Positions 1 through 11,428 of a stretch of 64,000 nt of DNA are shown here, in pieces; within the stretch, counting starts at the first letter, position 1; each line of letters begins with the position of its first letter. The stretch is from contig NW_024704743.1 in the NCBI RefSeq assembly GCF_018977255.1, positions 112,284,001 through 112,348,000 of the forward strand, in the 5' to 3' direction. Origin of the DNA: Callorhinchus milii. Its lineage: Eukaryota. A program made the translations under genes and the position numbers. Under the pieces are notes generated by a model. That model ran no database searches and was not told the DNA's origin. It saw only the letters and a list, made by a program, of their open reading frames with translations.

Positions 1-2494
1 AAAAATGGTCATTCATCTCATGGCTGTTTGTTGGCATTACAACTTTGGGACATTCTCCAGTCACAATAAATTAAAAGTCACAATATCAAGTGTAAGAATT
101 ATAATTAAGTATTAATATTATTATTATTACTGCAAGAACTGTGGAAAAACAGCTTCCAAATTAAGGCTGAACTGAAGAATTTTGCTGAAGAATCTTAAAA
201 TGTTTTAAAGAAAAATTAACTGTAATATTTTGAAAAATCATGAAAATCTCATAAGATTGGGACACTGACAGAATTACTGAGAAAGAAACTGCAAAAAACA
301 GGGGTTCCCAAACTTTCTGGTCTCAACATCATAGAGAAGTTTGACTGAGGACCACTACACAAAAAATCCATAGAAATGGAGAACCTTAGTTCAATTGAAA
401 ATAACATTTTAAAATATTGAAAGAAAATGGATAAAAAGAAATGCTTACAATGTTAAAATAGATATCACACAAACTCTGGGTTCTGCATGTCCAATGAGTA
501 AGGCTTAACCTCACTTCATCCACCATTGGCACCAACTGACCCGATTGATTAGATTTCAGCGAGTAACAGATGGCTTCCACAGCTTTGGATTGATCCACAG
601 GTAGCTATGGGGGCTGTGATATTATAATAATAATAATCCTTGAATTTGATATGGTGTCTTATCACTTCCTCAAGACATCTCAAAGAGCTTCACAGGAAGT
701 ACTGCAAAGTGAATTGACTTGTGTATTTTGTGGGCAAAACGCAGCAGCCATTTACACACAACAATGTCCCACAAACAGTCGTGTACTCAGCGAAGCTCAG
801 CCAATATCTGGAATTGAACCCGTGAATTTCTGTTCTGTACAACTCAGATGCCATCTACTTGGCCATCAGAAAGTCTGGACCCATCACAGTTCTTCCTCAC
901 TGATTGGTGCACGGGCTTGAGCTCCCAGCGCCGATTTGTTCCAGTTGCCCCAACCCACTCCTCACCACTCCATCCCTTAGGTGTCTGCTGACCCCACTTT
1001 GGGAACCAATGCTCTAAAGTATCTTGCATTAAAATTGTGCCATATTAAACTTAAACTGCTACAATTGCAAAATAAGGGTTTTCCAAGAACTCCCCTCAAA
1101 CCACTGGAACTGCAGTCCGGAAGTGAATCCCCTCAGAACAGAAATGCTGTGGAGCAGATGGAGTGCTTCTGCTCATTGGAAGGACTCCCCATTTGCGTGA
1201 TTCCTTATTAAAGAATTCAGTTAAAAAATGCCACAAATCAGACCACCAACATCACCCGCTCACCCTCAAACAGTTTGCACACTTGAATTAATCTCTTATC
1301 AGTTTAATTATTTCAAGCTTAAAAAGAATTTTACGCCTCTTTTCTGCCTCAGGTATCTGTAGCTCGAACTGAAAAAAGGCATCATACCGTCCACTTCCTG
1401 CTTTAATCAAGGTCTTGCTAACCTGATAGCTGAAGGTTCTGCTTCAGTGAATTTTCAGAAGGTTACTGATACCATACCAGTGTAAGGAACTACCAATCTC
1501 AGATTGAAGTTGTGAGGGATATTAAGGAAGAATTGCAAAGAGTGACACATTTAATAGAGAAAGATTACACTGTGCTACATCTACTTAATTTGAATTGAAT
1601 AAATTTCACAACCACTTTATGAGTTGCTTTCCACAAATGATGTGGAAATTCACAGTGCTGCAGAGGAGTAGAGCTCTCATACTTCAATGAGAAGTATTTC
1701 AATGCTATTCTTTGACTATACTTCCAAAAAACAATAATATGAAAAGCAAGCCCCCTGCACTTTATAAATAGGAATTTAGAAAGTGGAAAGAACAGAATGC
1801 TAATTCTACACCAAGATAAATCACGAAGAAACAAAGGATGGATCCAATGTGATGAGACTTCCTGATGTGACTGAATTCCTTTAGGACTATTAGTGCATTA
1901 GCCTGGATATGCTCTCAATCCTTCAATGGAAATTTAGTTGATATTTCTGAGATGCCACCAAAATTGTAAGTAAATGCATGTGGGAAAAAAAGCAAAGTTT
2001 TAGCCACAGATTACTGAAACAGAATTGTTAAACAGAGCTTTCTTGGCAGCTGTCAGTGTCATTAACCCTCTATCCACACTGCTAATAACCATTTCAAGGC
2101 ATCTTCAAGAACACAAACACAAATTCAAAGAAATGCGGCTTTGTTCTTGATATACTAGTCTGCTGCCATCTTAGTACTTATTTTATAATTCATGTCTGAT
2201 CGTGTATTGCTGGAAGAATTTTTTTCTGGGCTTCATTAAAGCTGTGGCTCTTAGCCTTTCATGGTATTTAGCTGAGATTAGGAATGAACAATACATTAAC
2301 AAAGCAAGACCTTGCATTGTTATGGAACCTCATCACTTTCAAACAGCTCAAGCGGGTACTTATTATCACCCTCCTATCCTCCCTATGTATGTTATTGTAT
2401 GTGTACTGATTTCAGATGAATGTACCAGCCATTTAGGCCAGCAAAGTCCCACAAATGGACATTGGGTAAATGACCAATTAGCCAATTTAGGTTT

Positions 2495-2860
2495 TGGCTT
2501 AGCTCAGTTAGCATCAGATTCACCTCTGAGTTAGAAGGTGTGGTTTCAAGCACCAGGTCAGAAAATTTAGCTCATAGTGTAGGCTGATGCTCCAGTACAG
2601 TGCTGGGGAGTGCAGCATTGTTAGAGGTTGTGTCATGATGAGACGTAAAACTGACACGCTGTAAGCCTTTTCTATGGCATTATTCAAAAAGAGAAGGGAG
2701 TTTCTGGCAGTGTCCTGGTCAACAATTTCCCAAATAAAATTGGTCATTGACTTTGACTGTTTATGGAACATTTCTGTGTGCCAATTGGCTGGGGTATTTG
2801 ATTGCAACCTACTACACTTTATAATAAATCCTATGATGCTCTTTGAGCATCCTCAACATG
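2495..2860 (+). mobile_element. Older SacSINE1-like SINE
   Basis: GCTCAGTTAGCATC...CCTCTGAGTTAGAAGG...GGCTGATGCTCCAGTACAGTGCTG followed by the core. Confidence 0.75.
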
Positions 2861-2861
2861 A

Positions 2862-3320
2862 AACAACAAAACAACAAAATTACATTTGTATAGCGTCTTT
2901 CACATCGGGAGGATGTCCCAAGGCGCTGGACAGACAGAGTTACAGACCCGAGCTTGAGGTCGGGATGGGGGAGGGTGGAGGGCAGGGGGGAAGAAGGGAG
3001 ATCGAAAGTACGATCGAAGAGGAGGGTCTTGAGGAGAGTCTTGAAGGTGGCAAGGGAGGGGGCAGGACTGCAGGATGTGGAGTTCCAGAGGGTGGGGGCA
3101 GAGAGGCAGAAGGCCTGCCCACCAATAGTAGGGTGAACAAGGCAGGGGACGTGAAGCTTGCTGGAGCTCACTGAGCAGAGGAAGCAAACAGGATGGTAGG
3201 GGGTTAGGTGGTCGGAGAGGTAGGGGGTAGCAAGACCGTGGAGGGCTTTGAAGGTAAGGACCAGGATCTTGAACTGTATCCACTGTGTGATGGGAAGCCA
3301 GTGGAGTTGGGCAAGGATGT
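2862..3320 (-). mobile_element. L2 3' fragment
   Basis: TIGGQAFCLSAPTLWNS...FKTLLKTLLFDRTF; (TTG)n tail. Confidence 0.85.
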
Positions 3321-3512
3321 GGGAAAGGCACTATATCAGATGAAAGGAGCTTGATATAAAAATAGAATTGATCATTTACACCTTTACAGTACACACAATA
3401 CACCCACACACAGTGATTTATTAATACCAAATCTATTACAATGTATAAATAGTATGCTTGCAAATACATTTTAAGTGCTAAAAGAACATTATTTTTCCTA
3501 AAACCAAGATGT

Positions 3513-3531
3513 TAGTGACATCTAGTGGCAG
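3513..3531 (-). promoter_or_regulatory. Candidate CTCF site
   Basis: CTGCCACTAGATGTCACTA fits the CTCF core with one mismatch. Confidence 0.5.
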
Positions 3532-4009
3532 GTTTTGCTGTTATCATAAAGTATATTGTCCATTTTGCTCTACCAGAGATTGGAAGCAATAGTGTATTTA
3601 ATTTGAGGGACATATTCTGTAAGTTTCTGTAAATTCTGCATATGAAGGGGCCAGCCTGGCGATTCGAAAAGAGAAAGGAGTTTCTCTCGAGGTCCTGGCA
3701 AACAATCTCCAAATAAAATTGGTCGCTCATTTCACGAATGTTTGTGGGACATATCATCTTATGGACTCTATTTATTTATTCTCTTCATAAATAACTCCTG
3801 ATCCCCAAAGGGAGCCAAGTGAAAATCCCGGCAATCTACCCATCCCAAGTATTCAATGTTGGCAAGCTCCTCTTCAGCACTAACAACCCTCAGTCAAACT
3901 CCTTCAGCACAGAGAACAATTGAATCCCATTGTGTACTTGATTACTCAGCTTATCCACATCACCATCACGTTTAATGCCATTCCCAACCCACAAGTTGCT
4001 ATCCACCCC

Positions 4010-4010
4010 N
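4010..4010. other. Single ambiguous base (n)
   Basis: Lies between a C run and a T run; either a base-call ambiguity or a collapsed gap. Confidence 0.95.
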
Positions 4011-4859
4011 TTTTTTTATGGTGTTTATTGATGCATCATGAATTGCTCCTGCCAAGAATTTTCACACACACAACTGTTCTACTGAGATATAATTTCTTCT
4101 AAAATTGTTGTTTCCTTGGTTAACTTTTATCCACTATGCCCTAGTTTTACTCTCACAAACCTCACCAAATAGCTTGCTTCATGCCTCTATAAATATTAAA
4201 GACCTGGATAATACTTTCTCTCTCAATCATCTTTCTTCCAAAAAAAATACATTCAACTCTATGAATATCTGTGGAATATATATGCTGAAATAGATCCAGT
4301 CACACTTTTCTAAACCCTTTCCAATGTGTCGATGCAAAAAACAGGTTGCACAAAAATTGCACACAGTTTACCAAATATAGTTCAACAGTGAGCTGTAAAA
4401 GGTTAGAATAATTTATTTTAATTTGCACTCAAATGCCCCTGAGATCCATCCTGGTATTCAAGTAGTTTAATTCGTAAGACCTTAACAAGATGCTTTGAGC
4501 TTGAGATCAACAATCAACATCAGTCTAATAAAATAACAGTCACAACACTTCTCGGTAAATCCTGTGAAGCACTCTGAGATGTCCTCCTGACTTGAAAGGC
4601 ACTCTATCAAATGCAAGGGTTATTATTGTAACACAAATATTTTTTGAATTTCCACCTTTGGTAACAGATTGTGTACATTCACTGTGTACATGTTTATTGC
4701 TTCCTATTCAAACTTATACAATGTTACATTTATCTATATTAACCTTCATCTCCTATTCTTTAGCCCATGTACTTAATTGGTTTGGATATCTTTTTACTGT
4801 TATTTATCTTTCTCTTAGTTGGCACCTGAACATATAACTTGATACTGTACCAGCAAATG

Positions 4860-5690
4860 TAAGATTACATGAATACTCTTTTAAATAATTTATGAATAAA
4901 ATGAACAGCGGGGAATCAAGAAAACCCTGTGGAAATCCACTAGTCTCTGCCCCTCAGACAAAGCTTTTTCATTTATCATCTTCCTATTGCCAAGCCAGTT
5001 TTCAATCCAGCAAACTAATTTATTGTTAATTCTGTTAGTCTTAGCCTTCTGAAAGAATTCCAGTAGATTAGCGAGGCATGACCCATTACTTCTGAAATCG
5101 ATGCTGACTACTCCTTTATAATGTCCATGCTCTTCAAATGCAATGTACTAAAGCATGTTCCTTGCTACAGATGTTAAGGCTAACTGTCCTGGTCTATAAT
5201 TTTCAGGTTCATACCTCGCTGCTCTTTTGGACAATATGATAACGTTTACTATTCTCCAGTCTTTAGGTTTACCTTTTGTGTGTATGGACCTCCTAAAAAT
5301 GATAAGCTCTCACCTCACCCATTGTAAGCTATATTCCACCCATTCATGTGACTTATAGATATGGCAAGATTTTCCCCATTGGCTTAGAATAGAGAGGACA
5401 AATTGAGGACAAATTTCACTCTTTAACAATGGGCATGAATATAAGAGAGCTGGTAGTAGATCTAAAAGAGAATTTAGGAGGAACGTCTTTACACAGAGGG
5501 TTTGAGAATGCGGAAATCACTACGAGAATCTGTGGTTGAAGCAGAAATCATCAAGGCATTCAAGATGAAACTTGATATATACATGAAAGAGAAGGGAATA
5601 AAGGGGCTGAGAGATGATAGGGAGAGGGGATTAGATTTGGTGAAGGCTCATTTAGAGTACAAAAACCAGCACAGACTAGTTGCATATGAT
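4860..5690. mobile_element. Old CR1 fragments (minus ~4860-5330; plus 3' end ~5380-5690)
   Basis: Degenerate CR1 RT-region sequence; SVVEAEIIKAFKMKLDIYM-type ORF2 C-terminus. Confidence 0.65.
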
Positions 5691-8600
5691 ACAGCATCTT
5701 TAAAGTTGAAACATTGAACAGCTTTAACACATCTCAAAGTGTTTTGCTGTCAAGTGTAATGACTATCTGTGGTCAAATAATTAGGTATTTTTATTTATAT
5801 CCCAGATTGATTAATCTGATTGAACACATTGATTGAAAAGAAATGCAGATGGAAAAAATCAGATCCATTCAGAAACTGGACATCCTTATGGTTTTCAATG
5901 CTAATAAAAAGGCAATTGAACTCTGGGCTGTTTAGTACCACTATGCCCTAGTTGAATGGAGTAATAAACGGACAATTCAGAAATGGCAGGTGTGTTAAAT
6001 AGATTCTTCACAAATGAAACCTAGACAGATTCAATATGAACAGAATCTCAGAGTAGGAACTATAAGCATTGTTTCCTGTTTGCAAGGAGTCCTCCTGCAG
6101 GAGGTGATTTGAACTTGAAGTATAAATAGGGCATTCCAAAGTCTCTTCTGTAAAGGGCCTACATGGTCTTTAAAACATAATCCAACACAAACAGGAATAA
6201 AACATTTATTTAAATGACTGTGGATACTAACAACATTGATTCCTCTTTATCTCTTCCTAATTTCCATTTAGTTATCCTCAGCTGAGTAACTCTCAATCCA
6301 AGGCTTTGAAATCTGCCTTTCCTCTTTCACAGTTTGCCTTCTCTATGATGTTTAAGTGTACAATTTGTAACTACAAATTTGCAAAGGTAATCACAGCTGG
6401 AAAGCTGCCAATCATTAAGTAATCTCCTGGCTGAGGTGTGTGTGTGTGTTCAGGACGTATGTAATCATGCCGTTAGAGCATCACTGCAAAACCTGAAGGA
6501 ATAGCTGGAACCAGTAATCTTGTAAAAATGGTAACGTTTTTAATTTTAATCAGCACCCAGTTTTGATGTTAATCAGCACATGGTTCCATCATCAGCAGTC
6601 TCGCTTTCTGAGGCCGCTTTTCTATCTGTTAATTTCACACTTCTTTTGTCCTCTCCACATGACATCCACTTCAAACCCCTTTCCTATTCATTTCCTGCCT
6701 CGGCCAACACTGACCTGCTTCATGCCCACCCCTCCCACACCTGATCTGCCCCAAACTTTAAGCTATCCTGTCCCCACATCCTATTCCTTGCCCCCTCCAC
6801 TCTCTACCTTCAAACTGGCTTAAGACTGACTGCAGTTTTGGTTGCCTTTCCTTCCCCTGCCTGGACAAGTTAGCTATTTGAAACACTTTAAGAAATCCTC
6901 CCTACACAGAAGGTGCTACATAAATGTAAATAGCTGTTGTTGTGTTCCACTTGATTTTTTCAGCTCTTTTAAGGCCTTCTCTCATAGCGCTCTAACAGGC
7001 ATCGCAATGGAAACAGCTACAATAGCCAATCACCATCTGGATCTGGTTCTCCTGTTTAAATCTCTAAAAACTTTTTAAGCATGCAGAGCTTTCATTCCAA
7101 ATCAATGACCCCACCACCCCATGATTAAGCAACACCCTGAATTGGTGACCCTGAAAATCCCAAGCCCTTTCGAGAAGCTAGTCCACCAATGGTGGACAAA
7201 CAGTGTTGAAAGATTTTGCAGCCTCCTAACAAAACAACTGTGAAACACACATTGGTTTGTAATATGTGCTCAAAACAGCAGTGTGTTATTGAGTTTATTC
7301 AGGTGTTGATTAAATCAAAACAGTTCCACACTACTCCTGTGCCTCTTTCCAGTGTCCTTTTATGCAGTGCTAACCATTCCCAATTGATTCTCCTAATTTC
7401 TTCAATTAAGCATCCAATTTAGTGTTTAAAGGGATCTCTCCATGGGATTCATAAGAGGTCTTGAAATGCGGAGCACTGTGAGAGCAGGCTTACCAGTGGA
7501 GGAGACAATCACAGAGGCACTATAACCATTTCAGTTTCCACTGACCCAATTGGTGACGTATTGCAACAGAATCAATTCACTGTGTGTACAAGGATTCAAT
7601 TCAGTAAATGACCAATACATTAAACAGCAAGCAATTTAGATACATAAAACTCAGTTACATGCAGCACATTGATGCTGCATCAATAGAAATACTACCTGAA
7701 TTGACTTCAAATAACAACTGTATATATAACTCCCTTCAGGCAGAATAGTGTCTCAGAGCGCTTGAGTGAACTTATTGTAATTGTATTCATACACTCTTTG
7801 GGCACCCACCCAATATCTAGCTGCATGCGTGAACAGAAAATAATTACTCAATGGACATCAGGCGATGGCAAACCTCACCGGGCTTGTGTCCTCTTTACTT
7901 CTATCTCCTCTGTAGCATCAGGTAGTGTGCTATTCAAGCAACCACCAGATGAACTATGAGCGATTTAAGCCTGTTCTAACGTATTTCCCCCTCCTCCCCT
8001 GTGCTTGCAGACTCACCCACGGCTCAACTAACTAACTGAACATACGCCTGAATGCAAGCTCACCACCGCAATGGAGACTGGATCTTGGATCACTGATTTC
8101 AGTGAAATTGATAGATATTAATAACTAAATAATAATAATGTGGTCACTCAATCCACGGCTGTTTGTGAGATATTGCTGTGTGCAATTGGCTGCCACGTTT
8201 CGCCCACAAAACACAGTCAATTTACTTTACAGTATATTCTATGAAGCACTTTGAGACATCTCGAAGACGTGATAAGGGGCTAAATGCAAAGATTGCTATT
8301 ATTATTGATATCCTCAGGTGTGTTACTGCCCTGCAAGGGCAACAAGGGCTGTTATACGTACTCTTGTTATTCAACATTATACGTGATCATTGTCATAATC
8401 ATTCTTGCATTAATATATAATATACATCTCGCATTTACACAACAATGAACTCCCATAAAAGAATGACTCAAATGACACCATTGCGGTCCGCATCCTCTCT
8501 CATTCTGGCACCCTTTCGACCAAAAATGTACCTTCTCCGCCAGTTTTATTGAGCAAAAAGAAATCATCATTCTTTTCTGGTAAATCATGTCTACACTCAG

Positions 8601-10333
8601 TCTAACGCATCTCATTGGCTTCAGGCAGAATATCTGACCAAGGATTCTCCAACAAAGAGAATGCCATTGATTTAGTGTGAGGTTTTGAAATGATTTGCTT
8701 GTGTTTAAATGTATAGTAAAAAATCTAAAATTATAGTTTGCCTCACTTGAATGTTCGCAATGAGGATATAGTCCAAATGAAGCTGTTTAGTGATTTCATT
8801 TCGCCCACAAAATATACAGTCAATTCACTTTACAGTATATTCTATGAAGCGCTTTGAGAAGTCTCGAAGACTTGATAAGGCGTTATTTCAAATGCAAGGA
8901 TTATTATTATTATATTATTATTATTATCAGAAGGAATTTTTCTCCCCCAAAAATTAATCTAATTCTACAGTGGCAAATGTGAATTTTTTAACAATCCTTG
9001 CTACAGTGCTTCAAGAGAAATGATCATGGAACACACAAAGTGAGAACAGTGTAAAAACATGTGCTATTTCACACATGATGTGAGACGAAATGTGACGGTC
9101 TTGATAGTCCGCTAGTGGGAAAATGCTGCTGTAAACTGTCCGTGATCAAGATGGTTCCCTTGCGTTGATCAATAGTGAAATGAACCATGACAGAGATACC
9201 AGAAAGCTGTGCCATTGCTTCCGACATAGGTTAAAAATGGTGCCGCTCATGCAACACTTTTTCAACTACTGCTTCATGCCTCTGGTAATCATTGAAAGTA
9301 CTCGGCTCCACAACAGCCTGTGTGCAGTGCCGAATTAACAAAGCACACCACCAACATCTAAAGGCAGAATGTCAGTATTGCAACTGCTGGCATTTTCCTT
9401 CCCAAAAAGCAGAATCCAATGTTTTTAGCAGAATCCAATGTTTTTTTATTGTAAAACATCTGATATCTGCCCAGATCTTTTAATAGCTTGTTAGGTGCCT
9501 CACTACAATTAAACACAGTACATGTTCGTGCTGCGATTTCAGTCTAAAAAATATACAATATGGAAGGCTTAATTTGTTGAAATTCCCATAAGGTAAACAT
9601 AATGCAACATGCAAATGTATACAAGTGTGAAAAGGCCCCTACAATACAAGTTTCAGAGGGAACTTGATGCTTACACAAGTTTGAGGCAATATAAGGGGGT
9701 GGTCCCAACCCCATACATTTCATAGGGCTGGAAGCGCACGTGGGGTATAAACACTGGCATGGACTAGTTGGGCCACATGGTCTGTTTCGGTGTTGTATGC
9801 ACATTGCCACTGTTTTTAAAATGTCAACCCATGCTCTTGATTCTTGGTAATTAATTCCAGTCACTGAGAAACAATCCTTAATGTTAAACTAAAACAAGTG
9901 CTGTGAATATCGGGGCAGAAGGCATCATTTCTTTTAAATGAATTCACATATTTCACACAGATTGCCTGATTTCTTTTTCTATTGAACTGTGGGGAATGTG
10001 CGTATTGTAAATTGTGGCAGCTGTAACCAATATAAATTGATACCTCAAAGGCTGTTACTACAGAACCTGTCATGTAATGTATGATAATGTGTTTCATTTA
10101 CCTTAGAGTGCTTGTTTTATATTTCAATGCTGATCTCTGATGTAAATGTAAAAATGTAGGAAATAGGACTTTTGAACCAGATTTTTATGGTTTTATTTCA
10201 GTAGCCAAATCTGATGTGCCTGTGGGTGGAATGCCTTCACACATTTCAGGTTAGGCTGTATGACTATGGTTTGTAATCCAGATATCTAGCCAGACGTTTC
10301 TGGTGGTCCCAACCCCATACATTTCACAGTCAT

Positions 10334-10683
10334 GTCAGCCTGGCTCAGTTGGCAGCACTCTTGCCTCTGCAGCAGAAGGTTGTGGGTTCAAGCCTCATGT
10401 TACAACTTTGAACTGACATAGCCTAGGATGGCACTTCAATACAGTCCTGAGCAGCGTAACATTATTGGAAATGTTGTCTTTGGGATAAAATATTAAACTG
10501 AGGTCCTGTTTGCCTTGCATTTGGTATAGCGTCTTATCACACCATCGAGATTGGCTATGTGCAAATTGGCTGCTGCATTCACCCACAAATATAGTCACTC
10601 CACTTCACAGTAAACCCTGTGAAGTGCTTTGGGATGTCCTTCCGATGTGAAAGTGATATACCAAATGCAAGGATTATTATTAT
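10334..10683 (+). mobile_element. Older SacSINE1-like SINE (internally deleted)
   Basis: GTCAGCCTGGCTCAGTTGGCAGCACTCTTGCCTCTG head; tail AAATGCAAGGATTATTATT. Confidence 0.8.
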
Positions 10684-10797
10684 CTCAAGGTAGAGAAAGA
10701 ATATTCCTCCTTAACTTGGTCAAGATGCACACCATTGCCTCCTTGATCCTGCTGTCCTGCCACTTAAAGGAAGGATGCCCATTTTCAGTGCCATTGT

Positions 10798-11123
10798 TAT
10801 AATAATAATAATAATAATAATAATCCTTGCATTTGATATAGCGCTTTTCACGTCGGGAGGACGTCCCAAAGCGCTTCACAGAACACACTGTAAAGTGAAT
10901 TGACTGTATATTTGTGGCGAACGCGGCAGCCAATTGCGCACAGCAATGTCCCACAAACAGTCGTGGATTGAAAATGACCAATTTATTATTGTTTTTGGTT
11001 TTGGAGGGATTATTATTAGGCGTGTGGAGTAAGGAAACTTGCCCAAGGTTTCGCCCTGCCTGGAATTGAACTCAGGTCTCTAGCTTGCAAAGCGAGTGCT
11101 CAACCACTGAGCTACAGGACTCC
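10798..11123 (-). mobile_element. Full-length young tRNA-Ala-headed DeuSINE-like SINE (short form)
   Basis: Head GGAGTCCTGTAGCTCAGTGGTTGAGCACTCGCTTTGCAAGC with A and B boxes; core GTTTGTGGGACATTGCTGTGCGCAATTGGCTGCCGCG; L2-like tail; (ATT)n. Confidence 0.9.
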
Positions 11124-11428
11124 ATCTGTTCTTGGTCTTTATGAAAAGTGCTGCTCCTTTGAGTATCAGGTGATCCTACAGGAATAGTTGAGGGTAGGGT
11201 AACAGTTCCAAGTATGTGGAAGATTGATCAATGGAGTTTCATTAGGATTTTAGCACAGGTTGTGGTGTTTTACTCTCCAAATTCCATCATTACCTCTACA
11301 AGATGTCTGGCCATCTGCTGAAAAATAGTCTGCTTATTAAATAATAATAATAATAATAGTCCTTGCATTTGATATAGCGCTTTTCACGTCTTCTAGACGT
11401 CTCAAAGCGCTTCACAGAGTATATTGTG

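Noticed and set aside
9408..9447. Short tandem duplications (also ~16480-16545, ~23625-23700, ~25620-25648)
   Set aside because: Ordinary slippage or low-complexity repeats
10685..10981. Recurring small ORFs (e.g. [25 protein letters not shown]) as a peptide family
   Set aside because: These are translations of the SINE core and tail in varying frames
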